Origin: Escherichia coli | GTDB lineage: Bacteria; Pseudomonadota; Gammaproteobacteria; Enterobacterales; Enterobacteriaceae | Strand: one strand, 5' to 3' | Assembly: GCF_003991155.1 (NCBI RefSeq) | Contig: NZ_CP031295.1 | Length of the DNA stretch: 64,000 nt | In this document: in pieces, positions 32,828 to 44,676 of the stretch | Layout of the letters: each line of letters begins with the position of its first letter | How positions within the stretch are numbered: the stretch's first letter is position 1 | Program-made: the position numbers and the translations under genes | The notes under the pieces: model-generated | Told to the model about the DNA's origin: nothing | Databases searched by the model: none | The model's input: only the letters and a program-made list of their open reading frames with translations

Positions 32828-35646
32828 ATGAAGTTTATGTGATTGCCGGTGGTGAGTGGTTGCGGAATAACCTGAATGCCATTGCCGCCTTTATGGGAAC
32901 CCGGACGTGGGATTCCATTGAGAAAATTGCTCTCACCCTGTCTGTTGTTGCGGTGGCCTTTATGTGGGTACAGCGCCATAACGTGATGGATTTGCTGGGC
33001 TGGGCGGCGGTGTTTGTACTTATCAGCCTGCTGGTTAATATCCGCACATCGGTGCAGATTATTGATAACAGTGACCTGGTCAAAGTTCACCGGGCGGATA
33101 ATGTGCCGGTCGGACTGGCGATGCCACTTTCACTGACGACCCGTATCGGGCATGCAATGGTGGCCAGTTACGAGATGATCTACACGCAACCGGACAGTTT
33201 CACCTACAGCAAAACGGGGATGCTGTTTGGTGCAGAACTGGTATCAAAAAGCACTGACTTTTTGTCTCGTAATCCGGAAATCGCCAATCTTTTCCAGGAT
33301 TATGTGCAGAACTGCGTGATGGGGGATATTTACCTGAACCACAAATACACGCTGGAGGAGCTGATGGCCTCCTCTGATCCCTACACGCTGATTTTTTCCC
33401 GTCCCAGTCCGCTGCGGGGCGTTTATGACAGCAATAATAATTTCGTAACCTGTAAGGATGCGTCGGTTTCGTTGAAAGACAAGCTGAATCTGGACACACA
33501 GAGTGGCGGAAAAACCTGGCATTATTATGCCCAGCAGTTATTTGGTGGTCGCCCTGATCCGAACCTGTTGTTCAGTACGCTGATTGGCGACAGTTACCGT
33601 TACTTCTATGACTCAAGTAAATCAGCCAGCCAGATCATCCGCCAGAATGTCACCATTAATGCGCTGAAGGAGGGGATCACCAGTTATGCAGCACGTAATG
33701 GTGACTCAGCCAGCCTGGTGAATCTGGCCACCACGTCATCGATGGAGAAGCAACGTCTGGCACATGTCTCCATCGGTCATGTGGCGATGCGGACACTGCC
33801 CATGACGCAGACCATCCTGACGGGGATCGCCATTGGTATTTTCCCGCTTCTGGTACTGGCGGCTGTCTTCAACAAACTGACGCTGTCCGTCCTGAAAGGC
33901 TATGTGTTTGCCCTGATGTGGTTGCAGTCATGGCCAATGTTGTACGCCATTCTGAACAGCGCCATGACATTTTATGCGAAGCAGAATGGTGCACCGGTGG
34001 TGCTCTCGGAAATTTCACAGATACAGCTGAAATACTCCGATCTGGCTTCCACTGCCGGGTATCTTTCCATGATGATCCCGCCATTATCCTGGATGATGGT
34101 CAGGGGACTCGGGGCCGGATTTTCCAGTGTGTACAGCCATTTCGCTTCCTCTGCTATCAGCCCGACTGCCAGTGCGGCAGGTAGTGTGGTTGACGGTAAT
34201 TACTCCTACGGCAACATGCAGACGGAAAACGTGAACGGATTCAGCTGGAGCACCAACAGCACCACGTCGTTTGGTCAGATGATGTACCAGACCGGCAGTG
34301 GCGCAACCGCTACACAGACCCGTGACGGTAATATGGTGATGGATGCAAGCGGAGCGATGTCCCGGTTACCGGTCGGCATCAATGCAACGCGTCAGATTGC
34401 GGCGGCACAACAGGAAATGGCCCGGGAAGCATCGAACAGAGCAGAAAGTGCCCTGCATGGGTTCAGCAGCAGTATTGCCAGTGCCTGGAACTCGCTCAGT
34501 CAGTTTGGTTCTAACCGGGGGAGCAGTGATTCTGTCACCGGTGGTGCTGACAGCACGATGAGCGCACAGGACTCCATGATGGCCAGCCGTATGCGCAGCG
34601 CAGTGGAAAGCTATGCGAAGGCGCATAATATCAGTAATGAGCAGGCGACAAGAGAACTGGCATCAAGAAGTACGAGAGGTTCTGCGGGGATGTATGGCGA
34701 TGCTCATGCTGAATGGGGGGTTAAACCTAAAATTCTTGGTGTTGGTGGTGGCGTAGGTGTTAGAGGTGGTGGTCGGGCAAGTATTGACTGGAGTGATGAG
34801 GATGCGCATCAGGCCAGCAGTGGTTCACGGGCCAGCCATGATGCTCGCCATGATATCGATGCCAGGGCTACACAAGACTTTAAAGAGGCCAGCGATTACT
34901 TTACCAGTCGCAAGGTCAGTGAATCCGGCAGCCATACGGACAATAATGCCGATTCCCGTGTGGACCAGCTGTCTGCAGCCCTGAACTCAGCAAAACAGAG
35001 TTACGACCAGTACACGACGAATATGACCCGCAGCCATGAATATGCTGAAATGGCATCCCGTACTGAAAGCATGAGTGGGCAGATGAGTGAAGACCTGTCG
35101 CAACAGTTTGCACAGTATGTGATGAAACACGCGCCGCAGGATGCCGAAGCTATTCTGACAAACACCAGTTCACCGGAGATTGCAGAACGCCGTCGGGCTA
35201 TGGCGTGGTCTTTTGTTCAGGAACAGGTGCAGCCTGGTGTTGATAATGCCTGGCGTGAATCCCGTGGGGACATCGGTAAAGGAATGGAGAGCGTACCTTC
35301 GGGTGGTGGCAGCCAGGATATTATTGCTGATCATCAGGGGCATCAGGCCATTATTGAGCAAAGAACGCAGGACAGTAATATCCGTAATGATGTAAAACAT
35401 CAGGTTGATAATATGGTCACAGAATACCGAGGCAATATCGGAGATACTCAGAGCAGCATACGTGGCGAAGAAAATATTGTAGGAAGACAGTATTCTGAAC
35501 TACAAAATCACCATAAAACAGAGGCATTATCTCAGAATAATAAATATAATGAAGAAAAATCGGGTCAGGAAAGAATGCCCGGGGCTGACAGTCCACAGGA
35601 ACTGATGAAAAGAGCAAAGGAGTATCAGGATAAGCACAAGCAATAA
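32824..35646 (+). CDS. traG: TraG mating-pair stabilisation / entry-exclusion determinant
   Basis: 940 aa, polytopic N-terminal membrane domain plus large periplasmic C-terminal domain. Confidence 0.9.
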   Translation: MNEVYVIAGGEWLRNNLNAIAAFMGTRTWDSIEKIALTLSVVAVAFMWVQRHNVMDLLGWAAVFVLISLLVNIRTSVQIIDNSDLVKVHRADNVPVGLAMPLSLTTRIGHAMVASYEMIYTQPDSFTYSKTGMLFGAELVSKSTDFLSRNPEIANLFQDYVQNCVMGDIYLNHKYTLEELMASSDPYTLIFSRPSPLRGVYDSNNNFVTCKDASVSLKDKLNLDTQSGGKTWHYYAQQLFGGRPDPNLLFSTLIGDSYRYFYDSSKSASQIIRQNVTINALKEGITSYAARNGDSASLVNLATTSSMEKQRLAHVSIGHVAMRTLPMTQTILTGIAIGIFPLLVLAAVFNKLTLSVLKGYVFALMWLQSWPMLYAILNSAMTFYAKQNGAPVVLSEISQIQLKYSDLASTAGYLSMMIPPLSWMMVRGLGAGFSSVYSHFASSAISPTASAAGSVVDGNYSYGNMQTENVNGFSWSTNSTTSFGQMMYQTGSGATATQTRDGNMVMDASGAMSRLPVGINATRQIAAAQQEMAREASNRAESALHGFSSSIASAWNSLSQFGSNRGSSDSVTGGADSTMSAQDSMMASRMRSAVESYAKAHNISNEQATRELASRSTRGSAGMYGDAHAEWGVKPKILGVGGGVGVRGGGRASIDWSDEDAHQASSGSRASHDARHDIDARATQDFKEASDYFTSRKVSESGSHTDNNADSRVDQLSAALNSAKQSYDQYTTNMTRSHEYAEMASRTESMSGQMSEDLSQQFAQYVMKHAPQDAEAILTNTSSPEIAERRRAMAWSFVQEQVQPGVDNAWRESRGDIGKGMESVPSGGGSQDIIADHQGHQAIIEQRTQDSNIRNDVKHQVDNMVTEYRGNIGDTQSSIRGEENIVGRQYSELQNHHKTEALSQNNKYNEEKSGQERMPGADSPQELMKRAKEYQDKHKQ

Positions 35647-35648
35647 TA

Positions 35649-36164
35649 TTGTATGGGGAGATGATAATGAAAAATTTAGCTCATATTGCTCTGGTGACGG
35701 TGATACAGTTCATTGCCTGTTATCTGGCTGATTGGGGGAGTGCCGAAACAGTTTTTATCCTGTGCTTTATTGTACTATGGCAGGGATTGTTTATATGGTT
35801 ATTTTCTCAAATACGAAAAAAACGGCATGTGTCGGATGAGTTTAAATTCAGTAAAGGCGTTTGGTATATACTGATGCCAGTATCTTCCTTACTCTCTCCG
35901 TTATTAAGCCTGATGGTTTTTATCATTGGTACACTATACGAATTAAGGCGAATTAGTGGTTGTGTAAGTGTAAGAGAATGGATGCAATCTCAGGTAAATG
36001 AACAAACTAATGAAGATTTGCATCTGGATTTTGATGATGTGAATTTTGATTATGTGGATTTTTATCGTACTAATCCGGCAACAGGATTAGCTATGCATGG
36101 AGGATTTGATTCAGCAGGAAATACTTTTGGGACTTGTTGGCAGGACTATGATGACAGGCGATAA
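35649..36164 (+). CDS. traS: TraS entry-exclusion inner-membrane protein
   Basis: hydrophobic ORF in the traG-traT position; TraS is the variable specificity protein, so assignment is positional. Confidence 0.65.
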   Translation: MYGEMIMKNLAHIALVTVIQFIACYLADWGSAETVFILCFIVLWQGLFIWLFSQIRKKRHVSDEFKFSKGVWYILMPVSSLLSPLLSLMVFIIGTLYELRRISGCVSVREWMQSQVNEQTNEDLHLDFDDVNFDYVDFYRTNPATGLAMHGGFDSAGNTFGTCWQDYDDRR

Positions 36165-36195
36165 GAAAACTGTGGTTTGTAATAAAGGTAATTTG

Positions 36196-36927
36196 ATGAA
36201 AACAAAAAAATTGATGATGGTTGCACTGGTCAGTTCCACTCTGGCCCTTTCAGGGTGTGGTGCGATGAGCACAGCAATCAAGAAGCGTAACCTTGAGGTG
36301 AAGACTCAGATGAGTGAGACCATCTGGCTTGAACCCGCCAGCGAACGCACGGTATTTCTGCAGATCAAAAACACGTCTGATAAAGACATGAGTGGGCTGC
36401 AGGGCAAAATTGCTGATGCTGTGAAAGCAAAAGGATATCAGGTGGTGACTTCTCCGGATAAAGCCTACTACTGGATTCAGGCGAATGTGCTGAAGGCCGA
36501 TAAGATGGATCTGCGGGAATCTCAGGGATGGCTGAACCGTGGTTATGAAGGCGCAGCAGTTGGTGCAGCGTTAGGTGCCGGTATCACCGGATATAATTCC
36601 AGTTCTGCCGGTGCCACACTCGGTGTGGGCCTTGCTGCCGGTCTGGTGGGTATGGCTGCAGATGCGATGGTGGAAGATGTGAACTATACCATGATCACGG
36701 ATGTGCAGATTGCAGAGCGTACTAAGGCAACGGTGACAACGGATAATGTTGCCGCCCTGCGTCAGGGCACATCAGGTGCGAAAATTCAGACCAGTACTGA
36801 AACAGGTAACCAGCATAAATACCAGACCCGTGTGGTCTCAAATGCAAACAAGGTTAACCTGAAATTTGAAGAGGCGAAGCCTGTTCTCGAAGACCAGCTG
36901 GCCAAATCAATTGCAAATATTCTCTGA
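36196..36927 (+). CDS. traT: TraT surface-exclusion lipoprotein (also confers serum resistance)
   Basis: 243 aa from [25 protein letters not shown] (lipobox). Confidence 0.9.
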   Translation: MKTKKLMMVALVSSTLALSGCGAMSTAIKKRNLEVKTQMSETIWLEPASERTVFLQIKNTSDKDMSGLQGKIADAVKAKGYQVVTSPDKAYYWIQANVLKADKMDLRESQGWLNRGYEGAAVGAALGAGITGYNSSSAGATLGVGLAAGLVGMAADAMVEDVNYTMITDVQIAERTKATVTTDNVAALRQGTSGAKIQTSTETGNQHKYQTRVVSNANKVNLKFEEAKPVLEDQLAKSIANIL

Positions 36928-36938
36928 TTATCTTCCGG

Positions 36939-36961
36939 AGGCTGGTCTGACCGGCCTCCTG
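36939..36961 (+). terminator. hairpin after traT
   Basis: ggaggctggtctgaccggcctcc inverted repeat. Confidence 0.5.
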
Positions 36962-37179
36962 ACTGACGCCTCGCTTTGCTCGTTGTCCAACCCCGGAAAG
37001 AAATAAAATAAATTTTATTTCTCCCCGGCGTTTCCGAAATAAATATGAAAACAATGAGCGGTTGTGCAAATTCTTTGTGCGACCGTGAAGTGTTGCCGGC
37101 GAAGCCGGAATTTAACGGTTATTAATCTTTTCATCATTAATAATCAGTCCGACTGACTTTCTTTCTTCGGAATATCATC

Positions 37180-39387
37180 ATGAGTTTTAACGCAAAGGAT
37201 ATGACCCAGGGCGGTCAGATTGCGTCCATGCGTATCCGCATGTTCAGCCAGATCGCCAATATCATGCTTTACTGCCTGTTTATTTTTTTCTGGATACTCG
37301 TTGGTCTGGTTTTATGGGTAAAAATAAGCTGGCAGACGTTTGTGAACGGCTGTATTTACTGGTGGTGTACCACGCTGGAAGGTATGCGGGATTTAATCAG
37401 GTCCCAGCCGGTCTATGAGATCCAGTATTACGGCAAAACCTTCCGGATGAACGCTGCTCAGGTACTGCATGATAAATATATGATCTGGTGCGGAGAGCAG
37501 CTATGGTCCGCATTCGTTCTGGCCACAGTTGTGGCACTGGTTATTTGCCTGATTACCTTCTTTGTTGTCTCCTGGATTCTGGGGCGTCAGGGTAAACAAC
37601 AGAGCGAAAATGAAGTCACAGGTGGTCGTCAGCTGACAGACAATCCGAAAGACGTTGCCCGGATGCTGAAAAAAGACGGCAAGGACTCCGATATACGGAT
37701 TGGCGACCTGCCGATTATCCGGGATTCCGAAATCCAGAACTTCTGTCTGCACGGCACGGTCGGGGCCGGTAAGTCGGAAGTTATCCGTCGTCTGGCCAAC
37801 TACGCCCGTCAGCGTGGAGATATGGTGGTGATTTATGACCGTTCAGGGGAATTTGTTAAAAGTTACTATGATCCCTCCATCGATAAAATCCTGAATCCGC
37901 TGGATGCCCGCTGTGCCGCCTGGGATTTGTGGAAGGAGTGCCTGACACAGCCGGATTTTGATAATACCGCGAACACGCTGATCCCGATGGGCACAAAAGA
38001 GGACCCGTTCTGGCAGGGTTCAGGACGTACCATTTTTGCGGAAGCGGCGTACCTGATGCGTAATGACCCCAACCGCAGCTACAGCAAACTGGTGGACACA
38101 CTGCTTTCCATCAAAATCGAAAAACTGCGTACCTTCCTGCGTAATTCACCGGCGGCCAACCTGGTGGAAGAGAAAATTGAGAAAACGGCGATTTCCATCC
38201 GTGCTGTGCTGACCAACTACGTGAAAGCCATCCGTTACCTGCAGGGGATTGAGCATAACGGTGAGTCTTTTACCATCCGTGACTGGATGCGTGGTGTCCG
38301 GGAAGATCAGAAAAACGGCTGGCTGTTTATCTCGTCGAATGCCGACACCCATGCCTCCCTGAAGCCGGTGATCTCCATGTGGCTGTCCATTGCCATTCGT
38401 GGTCTGCTGGCAATGGGAGAAAACCGTAACCGTCGTGTGTGGTTTTTCTGTGATGAGCTACCCACGTTACACAAACTGCCGGACCTGGTGGAGATCCTGC
38501 CGGAAGCCCGTAAGTTCGGTGGCTGTTATGTGTTTGGTATCCAGTCCTATGCCCAGCTGGAAGATATCTACGGTGAGAAAGCGGCTGCCACGCTGTTTGA
38601 CGTCATGAACACCCGTGCCTTTTTCCGTTCTCCCAGCCATAAGATTGCAGAGTTCGCTGCCGGTGAGATTGGTGAGAAAGAGCACCTGAAAGCCAGCGAG
38701 CAGTATTCCTACGGTGCTGATCCGGTACGTGACGGGGTATCGACCGGTAAGGATATGGAGCGCCAGACGCTGGTCAGTTATTCCGACATTCAGTCTCTGC
38801 CGGATCTGACCTGTTATGTCACCCTGCCCGGACCGTATCCGGCAGTAAAACTCTCTCTGAAATATCAGACACGACCGAAGGTCGCTCCGGAGTTTATTCC
38901 GCGTGACATCAACCCGGAAATGGAGAACCGTCTGAGTGCCGTACTTGCCGCAAGGGAAGCAGAAGGTCGTCAGATGGCCAGCCTCTTCGAACCGGATGTG
39001 CCGGAAGTTGTTTCCGGAGAAGACGTGACTCAGGCTGAACAGCCGCAACAGCCGCAACAGCCGCAACAGCCGCAACAGCCGCAACAGCCGCAACAGCCGC
39101 AACAGCCGGTGTCTTCTGCCATCAACGATAAGAAGTCAGATTCAGGTGTGAATGTTCCGGCAGGGGGGATCGAGCAGGAGCTGAAAATGAAACCGGAAGA
39201 AGAGATGGAACAGCAACTGCCACCCGGGATCAGTGAATCCGGTGAAGTGGTGGATATGGCCGCTTATGAGGCATGGCAACAGGAAAATCATCCGGACATC
39301 CAGCAGCAGATGCAGCGTCGTGAAGAGGTGAACATTAATGTGCACCGGGAGCGTGGGGAGGATGTTGAGCCGGGAGATGATTTCTGA
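37180..39387 (+). CDS. traD: TraD type IV coupling protein
   Basis: 735 aa; N-terminal transmembrane segments, Walker [10 protein letters not shown]-terminal (QQP)n repeat tract and acidic tail. Confidence 0.9.
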   Translation: MSFNAKDMTQGGQIASMRIRMFSQIANIMLYCLFIFFWILVGLVLWVKISWQTFVNGCIYWWCTTLEGMRDLIRSQPVYEIQYYGKTFRMNAAQVLHDKYMIWCGEQLWSAFVLATVVALVICLITFFVVSWILGRQGKQQSENEVTGGRQLTDNPKDVARMLKKDGKDSDIRIGDLPIIRDSEIQNFCLHGTVGAGKSEVIRRLANYARQRGDMVVIYDRSGEFVKSYYDPSIDKILNPLDARCAAWDLWKECLTQPDFDNTANTLIPMGTKEDPFWQGSGRTIFAEAAYLMRNDPNRSYSKLVDTLLSIKIEKLRTFLRNSPAANLVEEKIEKTAISIRAVLTNYVKAIRYLQGIEHNGESFTIRDWMRGVREDQKNGWLFISSNADTHASLKPVISMWLSIAIRGLLAMGENRNRRVWFFCDELPTLHKLPDLVEILPEARKFGGCYVFGIQSYAQLEDIYGEKAAATLFDVMNTRAFFRSPSHKIAEFAAGEIGEKEHLKASEQYSYGADPVRDGVSTGKDMERQTLVSYSDIQSLPDLTCYVTLPGPYPAVKLSLKYQTRPKVAPEFIPRDINPEMENRLSAVLAAREAEGRQMASLFEPDVPEVVSGEDVTQAEQPQQPQQPQQPQQPQQPQQPQQPVSSAINDKKSDSGVNVPAGGIEQELKMKPEEEMEQQLPPGISESGEVVDMAAYEAWQQENHPDIQQQMQRREEVNINVHRERGEDVEPGDDF

Positions 39388-42300
39388 TGATGAGTATCGC
39401 GCAGGTCAGATCGGCCGGAAGTGCCGGTAACTATTATACCGACAAGGATAATTACTATGTGCTGGGCAGCATGGGAGAACGCTGGGCCGGCAGGGGGGCT
39501 GAACAGCTGGGACTGCAGGGCAGTGTCGATAAGGATGTTTTTACCCGTCTTCTGGAGGGAAGGCTGCCGGACGGAGCGGATCTAAGCCGCATGCAGGATG
39601 GCAGTAATAAGCATCGTCCCGGCTACGACCTGACCTTCTCCGCCCCCAAAAGTGTCTCCATGATGGCCATGTTAGGTGGCGATAAGCGCCTGATTGATGC
39701 ACATAACCAGGCCGTGGACTTTGCTGTTCGTCAGGTGGAGGCGCTGGCCTCCACACGGGTTATGACGGACGGACAGTCAGAAACGGTGCTGACCGGTAAT
39801 CTGGTGATGGCACTGTTTAACCACGACACCAGTCGCGATCAGGAACCACAGCTACACACGCATACGGTGGTGGCTAATGTCACGCAGCATAACGGCGAAT
39901 GGAAGACACTGAGCAGTGACAAAGTGGGGAAAACGGGGTTCATTGAGAATGTGTACGCTAATCAGATTGCCTTTGGCAGGCTCTACCGGGAAAAACTGAA
40001 AGAGCAGGTTGAGGCGCTGGGCTATGAAACCGAAGTGGTGGGTAAGCACGGTATGTGGGAGATGCCGGGCGTACCGGTGGAGGCCTTTTCCGGACGCTCA
40101 CAGGCTATCCGGGAGGCCGTCGGGGAAGATGCCTCGCTGAAATCCCGGGATGTGGCGGCACTGGATACGCGAAAATCCAAACAGCACGTCGATCCTGAAG
40201 TCAGAATGGCTGAATGGATGCAGACGCTGAAGGAAACCGGGTTCGACATCCGGGCATATCGTGACGCGGCGGATCAGCGTGCGGAGACCCGCACGCAGGC
40301 GCCCGGGGCTGTTTCACAGGAGGGGCCGGATGTGCAGCAGGCGGTGACACAGGCGATTGCCGGATTAAGTGAACGAAAAGTGCAGTTTACGTACACGGAC
40401 GTGCTGGCCAGAACGGTCGGTATACTGCCGCCGGAAAATGGTGTGATTGAACGGGCACGCGCCGGTATCGATGAGGCCATCAGTCGTGAGCAGCTTATCC
40501 CCCTCGATCGTGAGAAGGGGCTGTTCACATCAGGAATTCATGTGCTCGATGAGCTGTCCGTCCGGGCACTCAGTCGTGACATCATGAAACAGAACCGGGT
40601 GACCGTACATCCGGAGAAAAGTGTCCCCCGGACGGCTGGTTACAGCGATGCGGTCAGTGTTCTGGCACAGGACCGTCCGTCGCTGGCCATTGTGTCCGGG
40701 CAGGGCGGTGCAGCCGGGCAGCGTGAGCGGGTGGCTGAACTGGTCATGATGGCCCGGGAGCAGGGGCGGGAAGTGCAGATTATCGCTGCTGACCGTCGCT
40801 CGCAGATGAACCTGAAGCAGGATGAACGGCTGTCCGGTGAGCTGATAACCGGACGTCGTCAGCTGCTGGAAGGCATGGCTTTCACGCCGGGCAGTACCGT
40901 TATCGTTGACCAGGGCGAAAAACTCTCCCTGAAAGAGACATTAACCCTGCTGGACGGTGCCGCACGTCATAACGTACAGGTCCTGATAACCGACAGTGGG
41001 CAGCGAACCGGTACAGGCAGTGCGCTGATGGCCATGAAGGATGCCGGGGTGAACTCATATCGCTGGCAGGGGGGAGAACAGCGACCGGCCACCATCATCA
41101 GTGAACCGGACCGTAATGTCCGCTATGCCCGGCTGGCCGGAGATTTTGCGGCCAGCGTGAAAGCCGGAGAAGAGAGCGTGGCACAGGTCAGCGGAGTACG
41201 GGAACAGGCCATACTGACACAGGCCATTCGCAGTGAGCTGAAAACACAGGGCGTGCTCGGACACCCGGAGGTAACCATGACCGCCCTGTCACCGGTCTGG
41301 CTGGACAGCCGGAGCCGTTACCTGCGGGATATGTACCGCCCGGGGATGGTGATGGAGCAGTGGAACCCGGAGACACGCAGTCATGACCGCTATGTGATAG
41401 ACCGGGTGACGGCGCAGAGTCACAGCCTGACCCTGCGGGATGCGCAGGGTGAAACGCAGGTGGTGCGTATTTCTTCTCTGGACAGCAGCTGGTCGCTGTT
41501 CCGGCCGGAGAAAATGCCGGTGGCAGACGGCGAGCGTCTGAGGGTGACAGGGAAAATTCCCGGACTCCGCGTCTCCGGCGGTGACCGCCTGCAGGTGACA
41601 TCCGTCAGTGAAGATGCGATGACGGTTGTTGTGCCGGGACGTGCTGAACCGGCCTCCCTGCCTGTGGCTGATTCACCGTTCACGGCACTGAAGCTGGAGA
41701 ACGGCTGGGTGGAAACGCCCGGGCATTCCGTCAGCGACAGTGCGACGGTTTTTGCCTCCGTCACACAGATGGCAATGGACAACGCCACCCTGAACGGTCT
41801 GGCCCGCAGCGGTCGTGATGTCCGGCTGTATTCATCGCTGGATGAAACCCGTACTGCGGAAAAACTTGCCCGCCATCCCTCCTTTACGGTGGTTTCTGAG
41901 CAGATAAAGGCGCGTGCCGGTGAGATATTGCTGGAAACCGCTATCAGTCTGCAGAAAGCAGGGCTTCACACGCCGGCACAGCAGGCCATTCATCTGGCCC
42001 TTCCTGTGCTGGAAAGTAAAAACCTGGCCTTCAGCATGGTGGACCTGCTGACAGAGGCGAAGTCGTTTGCTGCAGAAGGAACCAGTTTTACTGACCTGGG
42101 AGGGGAAATCAATGCGCAGATAAAACGCGGTGATTTACTGTATGTGGATGTGGCAAAAGGCTATGGCACAGGCCTGCTGGTTTCCCGTGCGTCGTATGAG
42201 GCTGAAAAAAGCATTCTTCGCCATATTCTCGAAGGTAAGGAGGCGGTCACGCCGCTGATGGAGAGAGTACCTGGCGAACTCATGGAGAAACTGACATCAG

Positions 42301-44657
42301 GACAGCGCGCCGCCACCCGCATGATACTGGAAACGTCCGACCGTTTCACGGTGGTGCAGGGCTATGCCGGTGTGGGGAAGACCACACAGTTCCGGGCGGT
42401 GATGTCAGCCGTGAACATGCTGCCGGAGAGTGGGCGTCCCCGTGTCGTGGGGCTGGGTCCCACGCACCGCGCGGTCGGGGAGATGCGCAGCGCCGGCGTG
42501 GATGCACAGACACTGGCGTCATTTCTGCATGACACGCAGCTGCAGCAGCGCAGCGGAGAAACACCGGATTTCAGCAACACGCTGTTCCTGCTCGATGAGA
42601 GCTCAATGGTGGGCAATACCGACATGGCACGGGCATACGCCCTGATTGCGGCCGGTGGTGGTCGTGCCGTGGCCAGCGGTGACACGGACCAGCTGCAGGC
42701 CATCGCGCCCGGTCAGCCTTTCCGTCTCCAGCAGACGCGCAGTGCTGCCGATGTGGCTATCATGAAAGAGATTGTGCGTCAGACGCCGGAACTGCGGGAG
42801 GCGGTATACAGCCTGATTAACCGGGATGTGGAAAGGGCATTGTCCGGGCTTGAGAGTGTGAAACCGTCTCAGGTGCCTCGTCAGGAGGGCGCATGGGCAC
42901 CGGAGCACTCTGTGACGGAGTTCAGTCACAGCCAGGAAGCGAAACTGGCAGAAGCGCAGCAGAAGGCGATGCTGAAAGGCGAGGCTTTCCCGGATGTCCC
43001 CATGACACTGTATGAAGCCATTGTCCGCGACTATACCGGCAGAACACCGGAAGCACGGGAGCAGACGCTGATTGTCACGCACCTGAATGAGGACCGGCGC
43101 GTACTGAACAGCATGATTCATGATGCACGGGAAAAGGCCGGTGAGCTGGGGAAAGAGCAGGTCATGGTGCCTGTCCTGAACACAGCGAATATACGCGACG
43201 GAGAGCTGCGTCGTCTCTCCACCTGGGAGACACATCGGGACGCACTTGTCCTGGTGGATAATGTGTATCACCGGATTGCCGGTATCAGTAAGGATGACGG
43301 GCTGATAACCCTGCAGGATGCGGAAGGTAACACGCGGCTGATTTCGCCCCGGGAGGCGGTGGCTGAAGGCGTCACACTGTACACCCCGGACACCATCCGG
43401 GTAGGGGCCGGTGACCGGATGCGCTTCACGAAGAGTGACCGGGAGCGTGGTTATGTGGCCAACAGCGTCTGGACGGTGACAGCGGTTTCCGGTGACAGTG
43501 TCACGCTGTCGGGCAGACAGCAGACCCGGGTGATTCGCCCCGCCCAGGAGCGGGCAGAGCAACATATTGACCTGGCCTATGCCATCACCGCTCACGGTGC
43601 GCAGGGGGCAAGTGAAACCTTTGCCATCGCGCTTGAAGGTACGGAAGGCAGCCGGAAACTGATGGCTGGCTTTGAGTCAGCCTACGTGGCCCTGTCGCGT
43701 ATGAAGCAGCATGTGCAGGTGTACACCGATAACCGTCAGGGCTGGACGGATGCCATTAACAATGCCGTACAGAAAGGAACAGCCCACGATGTGTTTGAAC
43801 CGAAACCGGACCGGGAGGTCATGAATGCAGAGCGGCTGTTCAGTACGGCGCGGGAGCTGCGGGACGTGGCGGCAGGGCGTGCCGTTCTTCGTCAGGCGGG
43901 GCTTGCCGGGGGAGACAGTCCTGCACGGTTTATTGCTCCGGGACGTAAATATCCACAGCCGTATGTGGCACTGCCGGCGTTTGACCGTAACGGCAAGTCT
44001 GCCGGTATCTGGCTGAACCCGCTGACCACGGATGACGGAAACGGGCTGCGGGGATTCAGTGGTGAAGGCCGTGTGAAAGGCAGCGGGGATGCGCAGTTCG
44101 TGGCCCTGCAGGGCAGCCGTAACGGCGAGAGCCTGCTGGCTGATAATATGCAGGATGGTGTCCGGATTGCCCGTGATAACCCCGACAGCGGTGTGGTGGT
44201 GAGAATCGCCGGTGAAGGTCGTCCGTGGAATCCCGGTGCCATCACCGGTGGCCGCGTGTGGGGGGATATCCCGGACAACAGCGTCCAGCCGGGAGCCGGA
44301 AATGGCGAGCCGGTCACGGCAGAGGTACTGGCACAGCGGCAGGCTGAAGAGGCCATCCGCCGTGAAACGGTACGCCGCGCAGATGAAATTGTCCGTAAAA
44401 TGGCAGAGAACAAACCTGACCTGCCGGACAGCAAAACAGAGCAGGCTGTCAGGGAGATTGCCGGGCAGGAGCGTGACCGGTCTGCCATATCTGAACGGGA
44501 AGCCGCGCTGCCGGAGAGTGTGCTGCGTGAATCACAACGGGAGCGGGAAGCTGTCAGGGAAATTGCCCGGGAAAATCTGCTGCAGGAGCGTCTGCAGCAG
44601 ATGGAACGGGATATGGTTCGTGACCTGCAGAAAGAGAAAACCCTGGGCGGAGACTGA
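39387..44657 (+). CDS. traI: TraI relaxase-helicase
   Basis: 1756 aa; N-terminal relaxase with catalytic tyrosines (..GNYYTDKDNYYVLG..) and HTH..H motif, central and C-terminal helicase domains (GYAGVGKT Walker A). Confidence 0.95.
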   Translation: MMSIAQVRSAGSAGNYYTDKDNYYVLGSMGERWAGRGAEQLGLQGSVDKDVFTRLLEGRLPDGADLSRMQDGSNKHRPGYDLTFSAPKSVSMMAMLGGDKRLIDAHNQAVDFAVRQVEALASTRVMTDGQSETVLTGNLVMALFNHDTSRDQEPQLHTHTVVANVTQHNGEWKTLSSDKVGKTGFIENVYANQIAFGRLYREKLKEQVEALGYETEVVGKHGMWEMPGVPVEAFSGRSQAIREAVGEDASLKSRDVAALDTRKSKQHVDPEVRMAEWMQTLKETGFDIRAYRDAADQRAETRTQAPGAVSQEGPDVQQAVTQAIAGLSERKVQFTYTDVLARTVGILPPENGVIERARAGIDEAISREQLIPLDREKGLFTSGIHVLDELSVRALSRDIMKQNRVTVHPEKSVPRTAGYSDAVSVLAQDRPSLAIVSGQGGAAGQRERVAELVMMAREQGREVQIIAADRRSQMNLKQDERLSGELITGRRQLLEGMAFTPGSTVIVDQGEKLSLKETLTLLDGAARHNVQVLITDSGQRTGTGSALMAMKDAGVNSYRWQGGEQRPATIISEPDRNVRYARLAGDFAASVKAGEESVAQVSGVREQAILTQAIRSELKTQGVLGHPEVTMTALSPVWLDSRSRYLRDMYRPGMVMEQWNPETRSHDRYVIDRVTAQSHSLTLRDAQGETQVVRISSLDSSWSLFRPEKMPVADGERLRVTGKIPGLRVSGGDRLQVTSVSEDAMTVVVPGRAEPASLPVADSPFTALKLENGWVETPGHSVSDSATVFASVTQMAMDNATLNGLARSGRDVRLYSSLDETRTAEKLARHPSFTVVSEQIKARAGEILLETAISLQKAGLHTPAQQAIHLALPVLESKNLAFSMVDLLTEAKSFAAEGTSFTDLGGEINAQIKRGDLLYVDVAKGYGTGLLVSRASYEAEKSILRHILEGKEAVTPLMERVPGELMEKLTSGQRAATRMILETSDRFTVVQGYAGVGKTTQFRAVMSAVNMLPESGRPRVVGLGPTHRAVGEMRSAGVDAQTLASFLHDTQLQQRSGETPDFSNTLFLLDESSMVGNTDMARAYALIAAGGGRAVASGDTDQLQAIAPGQPFRLQQTRSAADVAIMKEIVRQTPELREAVYSLINRDVERALSGLESVKPSQVPRQEGAWAPEHSVTEFSHSQEAKLAEAQQKAMLKGEAFPDVPMTLYEAIVRDYTGRTPEAREQTLIVTHLNEDRRVLNSMIHDAREKAGELGKEQVMVPVLNTANIRDGELRRLSTWETHRDALVLVDNVYHRIAGISKDDGLITLQDAEGNTRLISPREAVAEGVTLYTPDTIRVGAGDRMRFTKSDRERGYVANSVWTVTAVSGDSVTLSGRQQTRVIRPAQERAEQHIDLAYAITAHGAQGASETFAIALEGTEGSRKLMAGFESAYVALSRMKQHVQVYTDNRQGWTDAINNAVQKGTAHDVFEPKPDREVMNAERLFSTARELRDVAAGRAVLRQAGLAGGDSPARFIAPGRKYPQPYVALPAFDRNGKSAGIWLNPLTTDDGNGLRGFSGEGRVKGSGDAQFVALQGSRNGESLLADNMQDGVRIARDNPDSGVVVRIAGEGRPWNPGAITGGRVWGDIPDNSVQPGAGNGEPVTAEVLAQRQAEEAIRRETVRRADEIVRKMAENKPDLPDSKTEQAVREIAGQERDRSAISEREAALPESVLRESQREREAVREIARENLLQERLQQMERDMVRDLQKEKTLGGD

Positions 44658-44676
44658 TACAGGAAGACAAACGCTG

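Noticed and set aside
44212-44676. 5' extension of the traX ORF (402-aa version starting at 44212)
   Set aside because: The extension overlaps the 3' end of traI in another frame; TraX-like sequence begins at the Met at 44677
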